Of a stretch of 64,000 nucleotides of DNA, positions 1 through 9,574 are shown in pieces; the stretch's first letter is position 1; each line of letters begins with the position of its first letter. Both the position numbers and the translations under genes were made by a program. The notes beneath the pieces were generated by a model. That model did not search any database, was not told where the DNA came from, and saw only the letters and a list, made by a program, of their open reading frames with translations. Source of the stretch: a bacterium (GTDB lineage: Bacteria > UBA10199 > 2-02-FULL-50-16 > JAJFLM01); the NCBI GenBank assembly GCA_965216315.1, contig CBDCFN010000015.1, positions 384,001 through 448,000 on the forward strand. Direction: 5' to 3'.

Positions 1-910
1 GCCGGACCCTCATTATCCCTGCTACCCGAGTTTTGTCCAATTCCTGAACGGTCAACCCGTCTACGTCCCCGTCGCGGAAGCTGACGGTTTTCAGTACCGG
101 CCGGAAGAGGTCAAAAAGCGCGTCACGAACCAGACCAAGGGAATCATGCTGACCTCGCCGGCGAACCCGACGGGGACGATTATGGACGCCGATACGATGG
201 AACAGATGGCTGAACTGGTAGGGGCGCCGCTTGCTGCGCCCGATAAAGGCCCCTACATTGTCAGCGACGAGATTTATCATGGGCTCGTGTATGAACCAAT
301 TGCGCCGGGTGACGCGGGACACATTTTCGCGAACGAGACTTCAGCGAGCGAGCCGAAAATCGTGTCGCAGCGGCAGGACCCGGCCACTCGTTGCGAACAT
401 TCCATTCTTGAGTTCACCGACCGTGCCTTCGTCATCAACGGCTTCTCCAAGGCCTATGCGATGACCGGTTTCCGGCTCGGCTACTGCATCGTCCCGGAGG
501 ACTTCGTCCGTCCCATGCAGATCATGCAGCAGAACCTGTTTATTTCGGCCAATAGCTTCGTCCAGCAGGCCGGCATCACGGCCCTGCGTGACGCGGGACC
601 CGACGTCGAGCGCATGCGTCAGGAATTCGATCGCCGCCGCCGCCTTGTGTTGACGCGCTTGCAGGAAATGGGCTTCCGGATCGCGGTCGAACCGCTCGGG
701 GCCTTCTATGTCTTCGCGAATGCCAAGCATCTCACCCAAGATAGCTTCCAGTTTTGCATGGACCTCTTTGACGCGACCGGAGTGGCGGTGACACCGGGCA
801 TTGATTTCGGACCCGGGGGGGAAGGTTACCTGCGTTTTTCATACGCGAATTCGCTGGAGACAATTCAGGAGGCGCTGAACCGAATAGCAGCCTATTTGAA
901 GGCGACCTAG
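1..910 (+). CDS. PLP-dependent aminotransferase class I/II (5' partial)
   Basis: Open from window start (PDPHYPCY...); motifs SPANPTG, SDEIY, NGFSKAYAMTGFRLG, YLRFSYA; carries two palindromic in-frame insertions. Confidence 0.95.
   Translation, partial: PDPHYPCYPSFVQFLNGQPVYVPVAEADGFQYRPEEVKKRVTNQTKGIMLTSPANPTGTIMDADTMEQMAELVGAPLAAPDKGPYIVSDEIYHGLVYEPIAPGDAGHIFANETSASEPKIVSQRQDPATRCEHSILEFTDRAFVINGFSKAYAMTGFRLGYCIVPEDFVRPMQIMQQNLFISANSFVQQAGITALRDAGPDVERMRQEFDRRRRLVLTRLQEMGFRIAVEPLGAFYVFANAKHLTQDSFQFCMDLFDATGVAVTPGIDFGPGGEGYLRFSYANSLETIQEALNRIAAYLKAT
218..256. repeat. GTAG-type REP-like palindrome inserted in-frame in aminotransferase
   Basis: gtaggggcgccgcttgctgcgccc...gcccctac; first 24 nt match the reverse complement of 43383-43406 with 1 mismatch. 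Confidence 0.75.
304..384. repeat. Long imperfect hairpin inserted in-frame in aminotransferase
   Basis: gccgggt/acccggc and gacacattttcg/cgaaaatcgtgtc arms; about 30 extra aa between GLVYE and EHSILEF. Confidence 0.6.
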
Positions 911-918
911 CGGGCTGG

Positions 919-2220
919 TCAGGGCGTCAAGGGGAGTGCGCGCAAGGCATATTCCTCGAGCAATTTCTCCATCTCCCGAAGCTGGCCGGAAAAATAGCGC
1001 CGGCGTTTCTCGTCGACGATTTCGGTCAGAAAGCGATAATCAAAAATGGGTTGGGTGTCAGGCCGTGTGCCGTGTTCACAGGAGCGGATATAGGAGGCGG
1101 CCTGACTGCAGTAGGTGTCGAAGGCGTTGAGGACGGTATCGGGCAGCTCGGTTTTCCCTTGTTTCTTTGCCTTGCGTGGTTCGTATACCAAGTTTCGCTG
1201 GATTTCCCCCCAGCGGAAGTTGCCCATCGTCATGACCTGGATCTCTGCGGCGGGGCGTGGGAGGCGCATGCTGCCCTCAAAGCTCTTGAGGATGTTGATA
1301 TGGCTCGCCTGATACCCGCTCGGATAGTCATGGGTTTCCACCTGATGAATTTGATAGGCGTAGGGTTGCTGTTCATCGGGATCCCCAAAGCGGGAACGGG
1401 TCAGGGCCTCTTCAATGCGTTTAATCGTTGGACCGACATCCATCGGTCCGGAGACGACGACACGCAGCCCGGCCAGGTCGAAGATGTCATTCATGTTCTT
1501 CATGCCGCGGGTGACGAGTTTTCTGAGGACCCCTTGCTTGATGCGGCCAAAGATCAGCTCCGTGCCGGGCATCCAACCGACTTCTCGGTCGAGCAGGCTT
1601 TGCAATTCCTGGAGCCCCAGTAAATAGGGCTCGAGAAAATTGGCTTCAGCCTCGTTGCGTGACTTGCGATAGCTCAGGAGCTGTTCAAACAAGAAACGGG
1701 CAAAGTGTTCGTAGTCGGAGCCCAAGTAAGACAGGGTGCGCGCCATTCCCTCGATCAAGTGACTCGCGAAACAATCCGCGTCACGCAGCCGGTTGACCTC
1801 TTGCAACGCGGCGAGGGTGAGTTCCGCCTCGCGAACGACCTCGTGAGGGGCCTTGTTTTCGGCGTGGACTTGGCTCAACAACCATTGCTCGATCATCGTA
1901 TGGATACGGGCGGTCGGGACTTCGTCTCCGGGCCGCGCATTTTCGACGAGTTCCGCGAACTCAGCGGTGATCCGGTGGGCCATGTTCTGGAGGACTTCGG
2001 CGTCACCATTGCGAAACATGGTCGGGACCAGAAAATGGGCCGGTTGGTTGAGGTGCTCCTGCAAGGGCTTGGAACCGGCCGGTAGCTCCCAGGGCCGGTT
2101 GGTCAGGACGACGGCCGGCTGTCCATTGACGCTCGGCTGAATCACCGTGTGCGGATTCAGCAGGCTTGCACCCATCGTTGCTGCAGCGGATGCCGGAACT
2201 ATGAAATACTGAAAAGACAT
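919..2220 (-). CDS. RelA/SpoT synthetase-domain protein with orphan N-terminal region (alarmone synthetase-like)
   Basis: GRIK, DIFDLAGLRVV, GYQASH, AEIQVMT, W-x-EIQR-LVY motifs; no hydrolase domain recognised. Confidence 0.8.
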   Translation of the reverse strand: MSFQYFIVPASAAATMGASLLNPHTVIQPSVNGQPAVVLTNRPWELPAGSKPLQEHLNQPAHFLVPTMFRNGDAEVLQNMAHRITAEFAELVENARPGDEVPTARIHTMIEQWLLSQVHAENKAPHEVVREAELTLAALQEVNRLRDADCFASHLIEGMARTLSYLGSDYEHFARFLFEQLLSYRKSRNEAEANFLEPYLLGLQELQSLLDREVGWMPGTELIFGRIKQGVLRKLVTRGMKNMNDIFDLAGLRVVVSGPMDVGPTIKRIEEALTRSRFGDPDEQQPYAYQIHQVETHDYPSGYQASHINILKSFEGSMRLPRPAAEIQVMTMGNFRWGEIQRNLVYEPRKAKKQGKTELPDTVLNAFDTYCSQAASYIRSCEHGTRPDTQPIFDYRFLTEIVDEKRRRYFSGQLREMEKLLEEYALRALPLTP

Positions 2221-2229
2221 CGGGCGTCT

Positions 2230-2256
2230 TTTTCGGCAGCTTGTCGCCAGGGTTGT
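2230..2256 (-). promoter_or_regulatory. sigma28-like promoter
   Basis: ACAAC-N14-GCCGAAAA, 9 nt before ATG at 2220. Confidence 0.6.
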
Positions 2257-2380
2257 GAACTAAAGCGGATAAATAGCACTCCAAGGCGGTTTGCTTTGCG
2301 AATTCATGCGAAGAGCGGGTGTTCCGTACGCGTTATGTGGGCATTTGGCCGGCTCGCAAATTTCTGCAACCGCTGTATTG

Positions 2381-2407
2381 GCAACTTTTGGCAAAGAATT
2401 GCGACAA
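2381..2407 (+). promoter_or_regulatory. sigma28-like promoter
   Basis: GCAAC-N14-TGCGACAA, 9 nt before GTG at 2417. Confidence 0.5.
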
Positions 2408-2416
2408 ACGGGAACG

Positions 2417-3967
2417 GTGTATGTCTCAGCTTTAACAAGTTCTACAACCGCAGCAACGATGCTGGCGGCATCGGCGCCGATTCGGCCCCATCTGTTCCAG
2501 CGCGTGCGGGAGCGTGTGGTTGAGCCGGCGGTCAGCTCGGTGCGGACGCCGGAAGGGCGTTCCCATCTGGCGCGTTTGACCCGCTTGGGCGTGCGTGCTG
2601 CGAGTGCGCGCCTTTTGCACGGCCGTTCGGAGCGGCCCTCGCTGGAAACCGCGCGCGAAGAGGGCCTGCACTTTGCGAGCCGGCCCTCCGAAAAAGACGA
2701 ATTTTTAACGGCCCTGCTCGGTGATGAAAGCTACGTCTGGAACCTGCTCGGGCTGAAAGCGACGTTCGGTTCAATGGTGCGGGGGTTGTGGCAGTACGGC
2801 CAAGTGGTCGGCCTCCGGCAGTTTGTTTCCGATTATCGTCATACCTTCAACAGTCGCGAACGGCTTCCGATCAATCCCGCCTATCTGGACAAGGGCCGGA
2901 GGGTCTTTGGGGAGTGGTGCATTCGTTATGCGGCAGCCAACAACATTGATGTTCAGTTTGAGGGGTTGGAGAAAATTCCGGCCGAGGGCCCGGTTGTCTA
3001 CGCAATGGGCCCGCATAGCAGTATTTTTCCCGACTTTCTCTTCGCGATCGCCGATCCGCGCCTCGGTTTCGTCGCAGCGGCCGACAACTTTCGAGATAAC
3101 CTCGCGGCCCGCATCATGGGTTTTTCGCTGCTGAGCGACGAATTAGGGATTCCACTCGTCGACCGCAATGATATTGAGTGGAATAAAGTCCTCTATCCGT
3201 TGATTATTCAGACGGCGATGGAGTTCGGGATTCGCCCGGCCTGGTGGTGGCATGGAAGACGTCTTCCGGAGGCCTACAACGATGAAGGCCATTCGGATCG
3301 CGTCGGGTACTATTCAGCCGTCGATCCGATCAAGGACGGCAAGTTCAATCCACTCCAGTACCGGCGTTTGGGAGGTGTGATCGATAACGCCCTCGAATTG
3401 GCGATCCAGTCCCAGCAGACAGTGAAACTGATTGTCGTGACTGTTGACGGAGCGGAGACCGTCATGCCCAAGCGCACGAGTAAGTTTCCCTTTTGGCAGG
3501 AAAATCGGGCCGGTAAGACCGTGCGCTATAAGGTCGTCGAGGTCATTGATGTCGAACCTCCACAACGGTCGAAACGGGCCCTGGTCCGCCCCTTGAGTAA
3601 CGCGATTGAGGAGGCAACCAAAGAGGATATGGGCATCGATCAATTCCTTGCCGCTACGGTGACGCGGTGGGGGGCCTTACGTGGCTACGCAAACAGCGGG
3701 GAGCGCTTCTTGGAACTTGCTCGCCGGGATAGAAAGGCCCGCTTGTTCATGGTCGCTGATCGAATCCGTTCCATCCATCCGGCTTCGGAGGATAAACACA
3801 GTCGCCGTGAGTTGATCGATCGGCTCTTACATATCGTGCATGCCGAGGCGGGTGACAATGAGGCCGAAAGAATCATGTCGGTCGCGTGGCTCGATCTCTT
3901 GCTGCATGACGTTTCGGAACAGGTCTCCCAGACCCAGTATCGGCCGCCGCGGCGGCTTTCAGCCTAA
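2417..3967 (+). CDS. PlsC-like acyltransferase-domain protein with long N- and C-terminal extensions
   Basis: FEGLEKIPAEGPVVYAMGPHSSIFPD resembles the PlsC His...Asp block; start chosen at GTG 2417. Confidence 0.6.
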   Translation: MYVSALTSSTTAATMLAASAPIRPHLFQRVRERVVEPAVSSVRTPEGRSHLARLTRLGVRAASARLLHGRSERPSLETAREEGLHFASRPSEKDEFLTALLGDESYVWNLLGLKATFGSMVRGLWQYGQVVGLRQFVSDYRHTFNSRERLPINPAYLDKGRRVFGEWCIRYAAANNIDVQFEGLEKIPAEGPVVYAMGPHSSIFPDFLFAIADPRLGFVAAADNFRDNLAARIMGFSLLSDELGIPLVDRNDIEWNKVLYPLIIQTAMEFGIRPAWWWHGRRLPEAYNDEGHSDRVGYYSAVDPIKDGKFNPLQYRRLGGVIDNALELAIQSQQTVKLIVVTVDGAETVMPKRTSKFPFWQENRAGKTVRYKVVEVIDVEPPQRSKRALVRPLSNAIEEATKEDMGIDQFLAATVTRWGALRGYANSGERFLELARRDRKARLFMVADRIRSIHPASEDKHSRRELIDRLLHIVHAEAGDNEAERIMSVAWLDLLLHDVSEQVSQTQYRPPRRLSA

Positions 3968-4960
3968 GTTAATCTTCCGGACAATCACGCCCGCATCTTG
4001 TAGGAGTTTGGTAGGAACTTCGCCCATAGAGTATTGGTTGGAAAAGACCACTTCGGCGATGCCGGAATTCAAGATCATCTTGGTGCAGAGCAGACAGGGC
4101 GAGAAGGTCGTGTAGATCGTCGCCTTCTTGATATTGACGCCGTGGTAGGCGGCCTGGACGATGGAGTTTTCCTCGGCGTGCGAGCAGTAACACTCCTCGA
4201 GGGACTTGCCGCTTTCGCCCAAAGCGTTACAGCGGGGGCAACCGCCTTCGTTGCAATTGGGCAGCCCGCGTGGGGTCCCGTTGTAACCGGTCGAAATGAT
4301 GCGCCGGTCCTTGACGATGATCGCGGCCACTTTGCGCTTGATGCAGTTGGAACGCATCGCGACGGTCTGGGCGATGCGCATGAAGTACTCGTCCCACTCC
4401 GGGCGTTTTACGCTCCCTGCCAGGCGCTGAAGACACCTCCGGACAGCTTCGTGGAGGTCTTCGAGGCTGCCGTTATTTTCGAGGGACGTGTCGGCCAGAT
4501 CTTCGGTGGCGGAGAGTTGTTGTTTCGCGGGGTCATCTGTCGTCATCTCGGCGGATTCGTGACGACGGAACTCCTCGAGGGACTGGGCATCACTCTCGCG
4601 CTGGCGTGTCTTGACGCGTTCGAAGCGGACTTCTTCAGTGGCGGCAACTTTCAAGAGACGAAAATTACCCCGCTTTTGCAGGGCCTTGACCTCGAACGGG
4701 TTGCGGATCGAGTCGATGACGTAATTTTTGTCCGGTTCGAGTTTTTCAAGGACCCGCTCGGCGAGGACAGAAGGGCCATAATTGCGGCGCAATTCGGTGC
4801 CGATCTCGATCAGGTTGTCCCGCGTGATGTCCATGCTGCGGGTCTTGAGTTCTTCGCGGATCATGTCGGAGAGGGAATAGTAGCTGTAGCCGATTTTCTT
4901 GAGGAATTCGGCGACTTCGCCCTTTCCCGCGCCGTTCTTACCGACGAGTCCGATGATCAT
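3959..4960 (-). CDS. P-loop nucleotide kinase / dCMP deaminase fusion
   Basis: N-terminal GKNGAGKG P-loop; C-terminal RPEWDEYFM, GYNG, HAEEN, PCLLC. Confidence 0.9.
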   Translation of the reverse strand: MIIGLVGKNGAGKGEVAEFLKKIGYSYYSLSDMIREELKTRSMDITRDNLIEIGTELRRNYGPSVLAERVLEKLEPDKNYVIDSIRNPFEVKALQKRGNFRLLKVAATEEVRFERVKTRQRESDAQSLEEFRRHESAEMTTDDPAKQQLSATEDLADTSLENNGSLEDLHEAVRRCLQRLAGSVKRPEWDEYFMRIAQTVAMRSNCIKRKVAAIIVKDRRIISTGYNGTPRGLPNCNEGGCPRCNALGESGKSLEECYCSHAEENSIVQAAYHGVNIKKATIYTTFSPCLLCTKMILNSGIAEVVFSNQYSMGEVPTKLLQDAGVIVRKINLG

Positions 4961-5258
4961 TTGAAAATGGGGGTGTGTGCTGAGCCCAACACCCCCATAC
5001 CCCCGCTCCGGTTCTCTCGCGCGGAGTGAATCCGACGCTCGTTCACAAACAATTCCATCAAGCCTCTCTAGATCATCTACAGAATGCTGTCTAGTGGGTT
5101 CAGAACACTCACAAATTCTTGCTAATTCTGGGGTGAACCTATGCTAAAATAGCCGCGGTTGCGCCCCCTTTTCTAGCGCAGGAAAGGGTAGGAGGAAGGA
5201 TGATGAAGAATCACCCTTATCTCAGGCCTCCCCCGATAGGGGGAGGAGGCGCACCATT

Positions 5259-5332
5259 TAGAGGGGCTAGCGTCGCCCCCTCCGGTCGGCAAAGCCGCCG
5301 GAGCCTCCCCCTCTCGGACGCATTGCGTCCTA
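5259..5332 (+). repeat. ~73-bp structured repeat family A (intergenic copy)
   Basis: aggggctagcgtcgccccctcc-[hairpin]-ggagcctccccctctcg; homologous to 16286, 41360, 57373. Confidence 0.85.
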
Positions 5333-5354
5333 TGGGGAGAGACAAGGAGGAAAT

Positions 5355-5657
5355 ATGTTGGCAGAAATATCCGTTGCTCCGGCCGACCATTGGGACCATA
5401 TGAGTCCGTATGTTGCGGAATCCTTGCAGCTGATCAAGAATAGCGGGCTCGATTATCAGCTGGGCCCGATGGGCACGGTGATTGAAGGCGAGCCGGAAGC
5501 CGTTTTTGATCTCGTCAAGTCACTACATCTCAATATGCGCAAGCATTCCCTGCGCATTTCGACGACGATCAAGATCGATGACGATGTCCGGCGGCCCACT
5601 GGTCGCATGATCGGCAAGGTCGTCGCCGTGGAAGAAAAAATCGCCGGAGGACACTAA
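5355..5657 (+). CDS. MTH1187/thiamine-binding family protein
   Basis: MLAEISVAP, YQLGPMGTVIEG, IKIDD; RBS aaggagg. Confidence 0.85.
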   Translation: MLAEISVAPADHWDHMSPYVAESLQLIKNSGLDYQLGPMGTVIEGEPEAVFDLVKSLHLNMRKHSLRISTTIKIDDDVRRPTGRMIGKVVAVEEKIAGGH

Positions 5658-6064
5658 TGAAGGTAAAGATTTTTGGTTTGCTTATGACCATTGCCCTAGG
5701 GGCTCTGCTGGCTGCGCCCTCATACGCATTCACCCTACAAGATCCTATCCTTAAACAGAAGGGAATCGAATACGCGATCACCGGGGTCGCCGAATCCAAG
5801 CAGGATCCGCGGTGGCAGGATGCCCGGCGCTTTCCCCTCAAACTGGAGTTTGCGACGGCCCGGGGTGAGCTCTATTCCGATGTTGATGTGCGGATTTACA
5901 CAATGGACCAAAAATTGGTGCTCAACGTCCGCGTCAATGCGCCGTGGCTGATGGTCGGGCTTAAGGCGGGGACCTACAATGTCTACGTTCAGGGGCCGAG
6001 TAAGAAGTCGACGGTCGTCACGATTACGCCGGGACAGCAGGTGTATAAGACGTTTAAGTGGTAA
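5657..6064 (+). CDS. Secreted small beta-sandwich protein (carboxypeptidase-regulatory-like)
   Basis: Signal peptide; PWLMVGLKAGTYNV. Confidence 0.6.
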   Translation: MKVKIFGLLMTIALGALLAAPSYAFTLQDPILKQKGIEYAITGVAESKQDPRWQDARRFPLKLEFATARGELYSDVDVRIYTMDQKLVLNVRVNAPWLMVGLKAGTYNVYVQGPSKKSTVVTITPGQQVYKTFKW

Positions 6065-6145
6065 TTGATTGGTTTTTGCGCCGTGAACTCAAGGGCCTGA
6101 CCATTCATTACGAAGGCCCTATGTTCGGTCTTATGGCCTGCTGTG

Positions 6146-6907
6146 CTAATTGGCGCGTCCCTTGAGTCGTGCGAAGAGAAGACCCACTTCATATAGAAGC
6201 CAAATGGGGATGGCCAAAAGGATCTGGGATACGACGTCCGGCGGCGTCAGCAACATCCCTACAACAAATGCGGCGAGGATGACATACGGGCGTTTTGCCG
6301 CAAGCGACTTCACGTCCATGATCCCACTGTGGGCGAGGAAAAAAATCACAACGGGGACCTCGAACGAAAGCCCGAATGAGAGGAATAGTTTGAGACAAAA
6401 ATCCAAGTACAGTCGAATGTCCGGCGTGATGACCAATCCTGGCGGTGCCACCCGTGTAAAAAAACCGAATGCCAACGGTAGAACCAAAAAATAGGCGAAT
6501 GCCATTCCCAGGTAGAACAAACCTGTACTTACTGCGATTAACGGCCAGACCATGTGCTGTTCATTTTTATAAAGGGCTGGTGCGAAGAATCCCCATAAGA
6601 AGTAGGCTAAGACCGGAATAGATATGACGAACGAGCTGACGAAGGAGAGTTTAAGCGGCGCCAAAAATGATGAAGTGACGGCCGTGGCAATGATGCTTTG
6701 ATGCTCCGGCAATACGGTTAAAAGCGGTATCGCGACTAGCTCAAATAGGTCGCTTGCAAAATAAAACAAGATCAAGAACGTGATCAGAACGGTAGTGGCG
6801 CATTTGAGCAGACATGTTCGTAGGCCGATGAGATGCGCTATGAGCGGCGAACCGACATCATTGTCAGCGGCCATCGATGTTGCGTGTTTGCCCATTTTCC
6901 CATCCAT
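6146..6907 (-). CDS. tatC: Tat translocase subunit TatC
   Basis: PLIAHL..LR, FFAPALYKNE, FGLSFEVP, LTPPDVVSQ; exact start uncertain. Confidence 0.95.
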   Translation of the reverse strand: MDGKMGKHATSMAADNDVGSPLIAHLIGLRTCLLKCATTVLITFLILFYFASDLFELVAIPLLTVLPEHQSIIATAVTSSFLAPLKLSFVSSFVISIPVLAYFLWGFFAPALYKNEQHMVWPLIAVSTGLFYLGMAFAYFLVLPLAFGFFTRVAPPGLVITPDIRLYLDFCLKLFLSFGLSFEVPVVIFFLAHSGIMDVKSLAAKRPYVILAAFVVGMLLTPPDVVSQILLAIPIWLLYEVGLLFARLKGRAN

Positions 6908-7220
6908 TATGTTCCGGAGCGGCTTTTTTGATCGGTTGCGACGCGTCAGTGTTCATGGCCGGAATCCTCGGATTAAAACTGATACGAACCCGTTTCTTGC
7001 CGGTGACCGGGCCGACGTTATCCAGGTCGTTTTGGAAATCATTTTTACTCAACTCGTCACTAAGTGATCTAAGCTCACTTTTAAATCGAGACACATGCGC
7101 GTGCAGATACCTCCACCACTGTCCTAGTTTTTGGGCCATTTCCGGGAGACGTTTAGGGCCGATGACAAGGAGGGCCACAAAACCTAAAAGAAGTAACTCC
7201 ATCGATCCAATATCAATCAT
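6864..7220 (-). CDS. tatB: Tat translocase subunit TatB
   Basis: MIDIGSMELLLLGFVALLVIGPKRLP. Confidence 0.9.
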   Translation of the reverse strand: MIDIGSMELLLLGFVALLVIGPKRLPEMAQKLGQWWRYLHAHVSRFKSELRSLSDELSKNDFQNDLDNVGPVTGKKRVRISFNPRIPAMNTDASQPIKKAAPEHNGWENGQTRNIDGR

Positions 7221-7235
7221 GGCCTTATCGGCTTT

Positions 7236-7424
7236 CTATTGCGATTGCACTGTTTCGGCTGATTTAGGACCGTTCTGCTGATCCCTATCCGCCGCATTCT
7301 TAAAGCTTCGGACCGCTGCGCCAAGATCACTTCCTACGTTGCGCAGCCGCTTTGCTCCAAATATGACGAGAGCAATCAGCAATATTAAAATCAGCGAACC
7401 AATACTCATTCCACCAATACCCAT
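7236..7424 (-). CDS. tatA: Tat translocase subunit TatA
   Basis: TM helix, FGAKRLRNVGSDLG amphipathic helix. Confidence 0.92.
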   Translation of the reverse strand: MGIGGMSIGSLILILLIALVIFGAKRLRNVGSDLGAAVRSFKNAADRDQQNGPKSAETVQSQ

Positions 7425-7444
7425 TCCGAGTTCTCCTTATCCAT

Positions 7445-9433
7445 TCAAGCTATTTTATCTGCACAACGGCCGGTATTTTCTTCGACAATGCGCACATCAC
7501 AGCCCACATCAACATAGTGATTATCTGCGATGATATGGGGCGGGTTCGGCGACGTGATCACGCGAATTCCTGTTTCCGAATGCCGACAAAGGTTGGACGT
7601 CACCTTCGCCGCGGGCACGTTGTCTAACACCAGGCAGTTCTCGGCTCCTGTACAGCGGTTGCCACTCACCTCAACGCCGCTTGCTCCCTCTGCAATGCTT
7701 ATGCAATCGGTCTCTGGGTTGCGGCACATATTCTCGTGCAGTTGGATGTCGTTGCCGCCGATGACCTCGATACAGCTGCCGGAGTCTGCGCAGACGTTTT
7801 TCTGTAATGTTATTTCATTGCCATGGTTGACCTCAATGCAGGCATGGGCATCAGCACACGTATTCATACTGGCTTCGGTCGAGGCGGCGCTATTGAGCTG
7901 GAGGCAGGCAATGTCTGCGCCATGACAATTATTTTCTCGGATAGTGGCCTCTTCCAGATAATTCCCCATGAAGCAAATCTCGCGACCATCGCATTCGTTG
8001 TTTTTTATTATGCTTCCATTGAGGAAATTAGCCGTGACACAGGTCGCCGATGCGGCACATGAATTGTGCTCTAGCCGCAGCTGCATCAGCACTCGCTTTG
8101 AAGGTGACATGGCTGCTGAATTTGCATTGTCGTTTAAATTTGCACATGTGGTCCCTGGAGTCGGTGCGTCCATACCCGGCGGCACGACATATTCGCAGCT
8201 ATTATGGTGAACGTGCCATCTTGAAGCGGCCGTAGCCAGGCTAGACGGGTCCGGCTTATAGACCGGAATGCCCGTCACCGGATGCGGTTGGGCATTCGGT
8301 GACCAGTTTGCATTAATCGGAAATCCAATCGTTGCAAAGAGGCCTTCGAATCCGAAAATACAACCTAGGCTACTCGGAGCCCCCGTTTCGTCGTCGAAGA
8401 AGGCCTGGCAGACCAGATCGTTGTGTCCGACGTTTATGTCGCAGTTTTCCGTGTCTACGATATTCATACAACCTGCCCGACATCTTCGCGTTTTGTTATG
8501 AGCAAGTGTTAAGGCACCGTCTTTTAGGCCGACAAATGCCGGACCAAAGCGGCAGTTTCTAAACGTGCAATTTGTCAGGCGCACATTTCCCGGAGCTTTT
8601 GTAACAGATGCAATGCCTGCATGAGGACCCAAGCCGTCGGTGTTGCCAATGCTGCCGTCGTAGTTGGGATCTAAGACAACGCTTCCATAGACGACAATAC
8701 AACTGCAGCCGCAACCCCAGCGGCCATAATGGATCGAGTTTAGATCTTCATGGCCGTCGACTTCGATATGCTTAAAGGTAGCATCCTGTCTGGTCGGGAT
8801 TTGAGCGCGCTCCGGTTGACTCCAGTCAATCGTATTCAAGACCACAAAACAGCCCTGTTCAGGATGCTTGAGACTGCCCAGGGCCCACGGCTCTCCATAA
8901 CCGGAACCGCTGCAGGTCATTCCCTTGACGGAGATGCTGTTGGCGCCCGCTCCCGGTGACTTGTAAAATAGAAAGAACGTCGGCGAGGCTTTAGTGGCAT
9001 ATCCTGTCTCGATTCTTGGGAATGGGAGCGCGGCATCGCCCGATACGGCGATACTCGTTCGGTCACTGTTCAGGATACGCGTTTTTCCCGTTCCCGCACC
9101 GGCAAAAGTTCCGTTAAAATTTGTCACCAGCACCCCCGCATCCAGCTTATAATCACCTTCGACTAGCTTGACGATGCCCCCATCCGGCGCATGATTCAGT
9201 GCCCAGCTAAGATTGCAATGATCGGTCTGGATGCCATCAACCATCGCACCCGGTCGTACTCGGTAACCATTTGGAATCTCATCGATAAACTCAAAATCAG
9301 GCTCGGATTTAGCGGTACCGTTGGCCATCGCCATGCTCAGGCCCGCGAAGGTCGTGGTGCTTGCCGTCAAGACGGCTCCCGCTGCGAGCCCCGTCTTGAC
9401 GAAATCTCTCCTCGTCATTTTAGTACTTGTCAT
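7445..9433 (-). CDS. Tat-exported right-handed beta-helix protein, Cys-rich repeats
   Basis: TRRDFVK twin-Arg signal; pectin-lyase-like N-terminus; 22-23 aa N-x-C...C repeats. Confidence 0.8.
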   Translation of the reverse strand: MTSTKMTRRDFVKTGLAAGAVLTASTTTFAGLSMAMANGTAKSEPDFEFIDEIPNGYRVRPGAMVDGIQTDHCNLSWALNHAPDGGIVKLVEGDYKLDAGVLVTNFNGTFAGAGTGKTRILNSDRTSIAVSGDAALPFPRIETGYATKASPTFFLFYKSPGAGANSISVKGMTCSGSGYGEPWALGSLKHPEQGCFVVLNTIDWSQPERAQIPTRQDATFKHIEVDGHEDLNSIHYGRWGCGCSCIVVYGSVVLDPNYDGSIGNTDGLGPHAGIASVTKAPGNVRLTNCTFRNCRFGPAFVGLKDGALTLAHNKTRRCRAGCMNIVDTENCDINVGHNDLVCQAFFDDETGAPSSLGCIFGFEGLFATIGFPINANWSPNAQPHPVTGIPVYKPDPSSLATAASRWHVHHNSCEYVVPPGMDAPTPGTTCANLNDNANSAAMSPSKRVLMQLRLEHNSCAASATCVTANFLNGSIIKNNECDGREICFMGNYLEEATIRENNCHGADIACLQLNSAASTEASMNTCADAHACIEVNHGNEITLQKNVCADSGSCIEVIGGNDIQLHENMCRNPETDCISIAEGASGVEVSGNRCTGAENCLVLDNVPAAKVTSNLCRHSETGIRVITSPNPPHIIADNHYVDVGCDVRIVEENTGRCADKIA

Positions 9434-9472
9434 GGCGCTACCTCCTCATAATGCTGTCGCGTGAGCGGCCAT

Positions 9473-9512
9473 TAAAAAACCCACCTATCGCCTCTGGCGA
9501 AACAGGTGGGTT
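9473..9512 (-). terminator. Intrinsic terminator (riboswitch expression platform)
   Basis: Minus strand aacccacctg...aggtgggtt hairpin followed by T tract, between aptamer and RBS. Confidence 0.8.
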
Positions 9513-9574
9513 CCAATGGCTCGCAATCTACTTCTTGCGACAGCACGAGCCGCGCGTAGATTGTTTATCTCGTC

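Noticed and set aside
4034..5029. Long antisense ORFs (also 30409-31158, 55095-55796 and others)
   Set aside because: Shadow frames of well-supported genes, with no motifs
4961..5200. Possible ncRNA or NrdR boxes upstream of the kinase-deaminase
   Set aside because: Only weak palindromes; no convincing consensus match
5200..5403. 67-aa ORF
   Set aside because: Mostly translation of hairpin repeats
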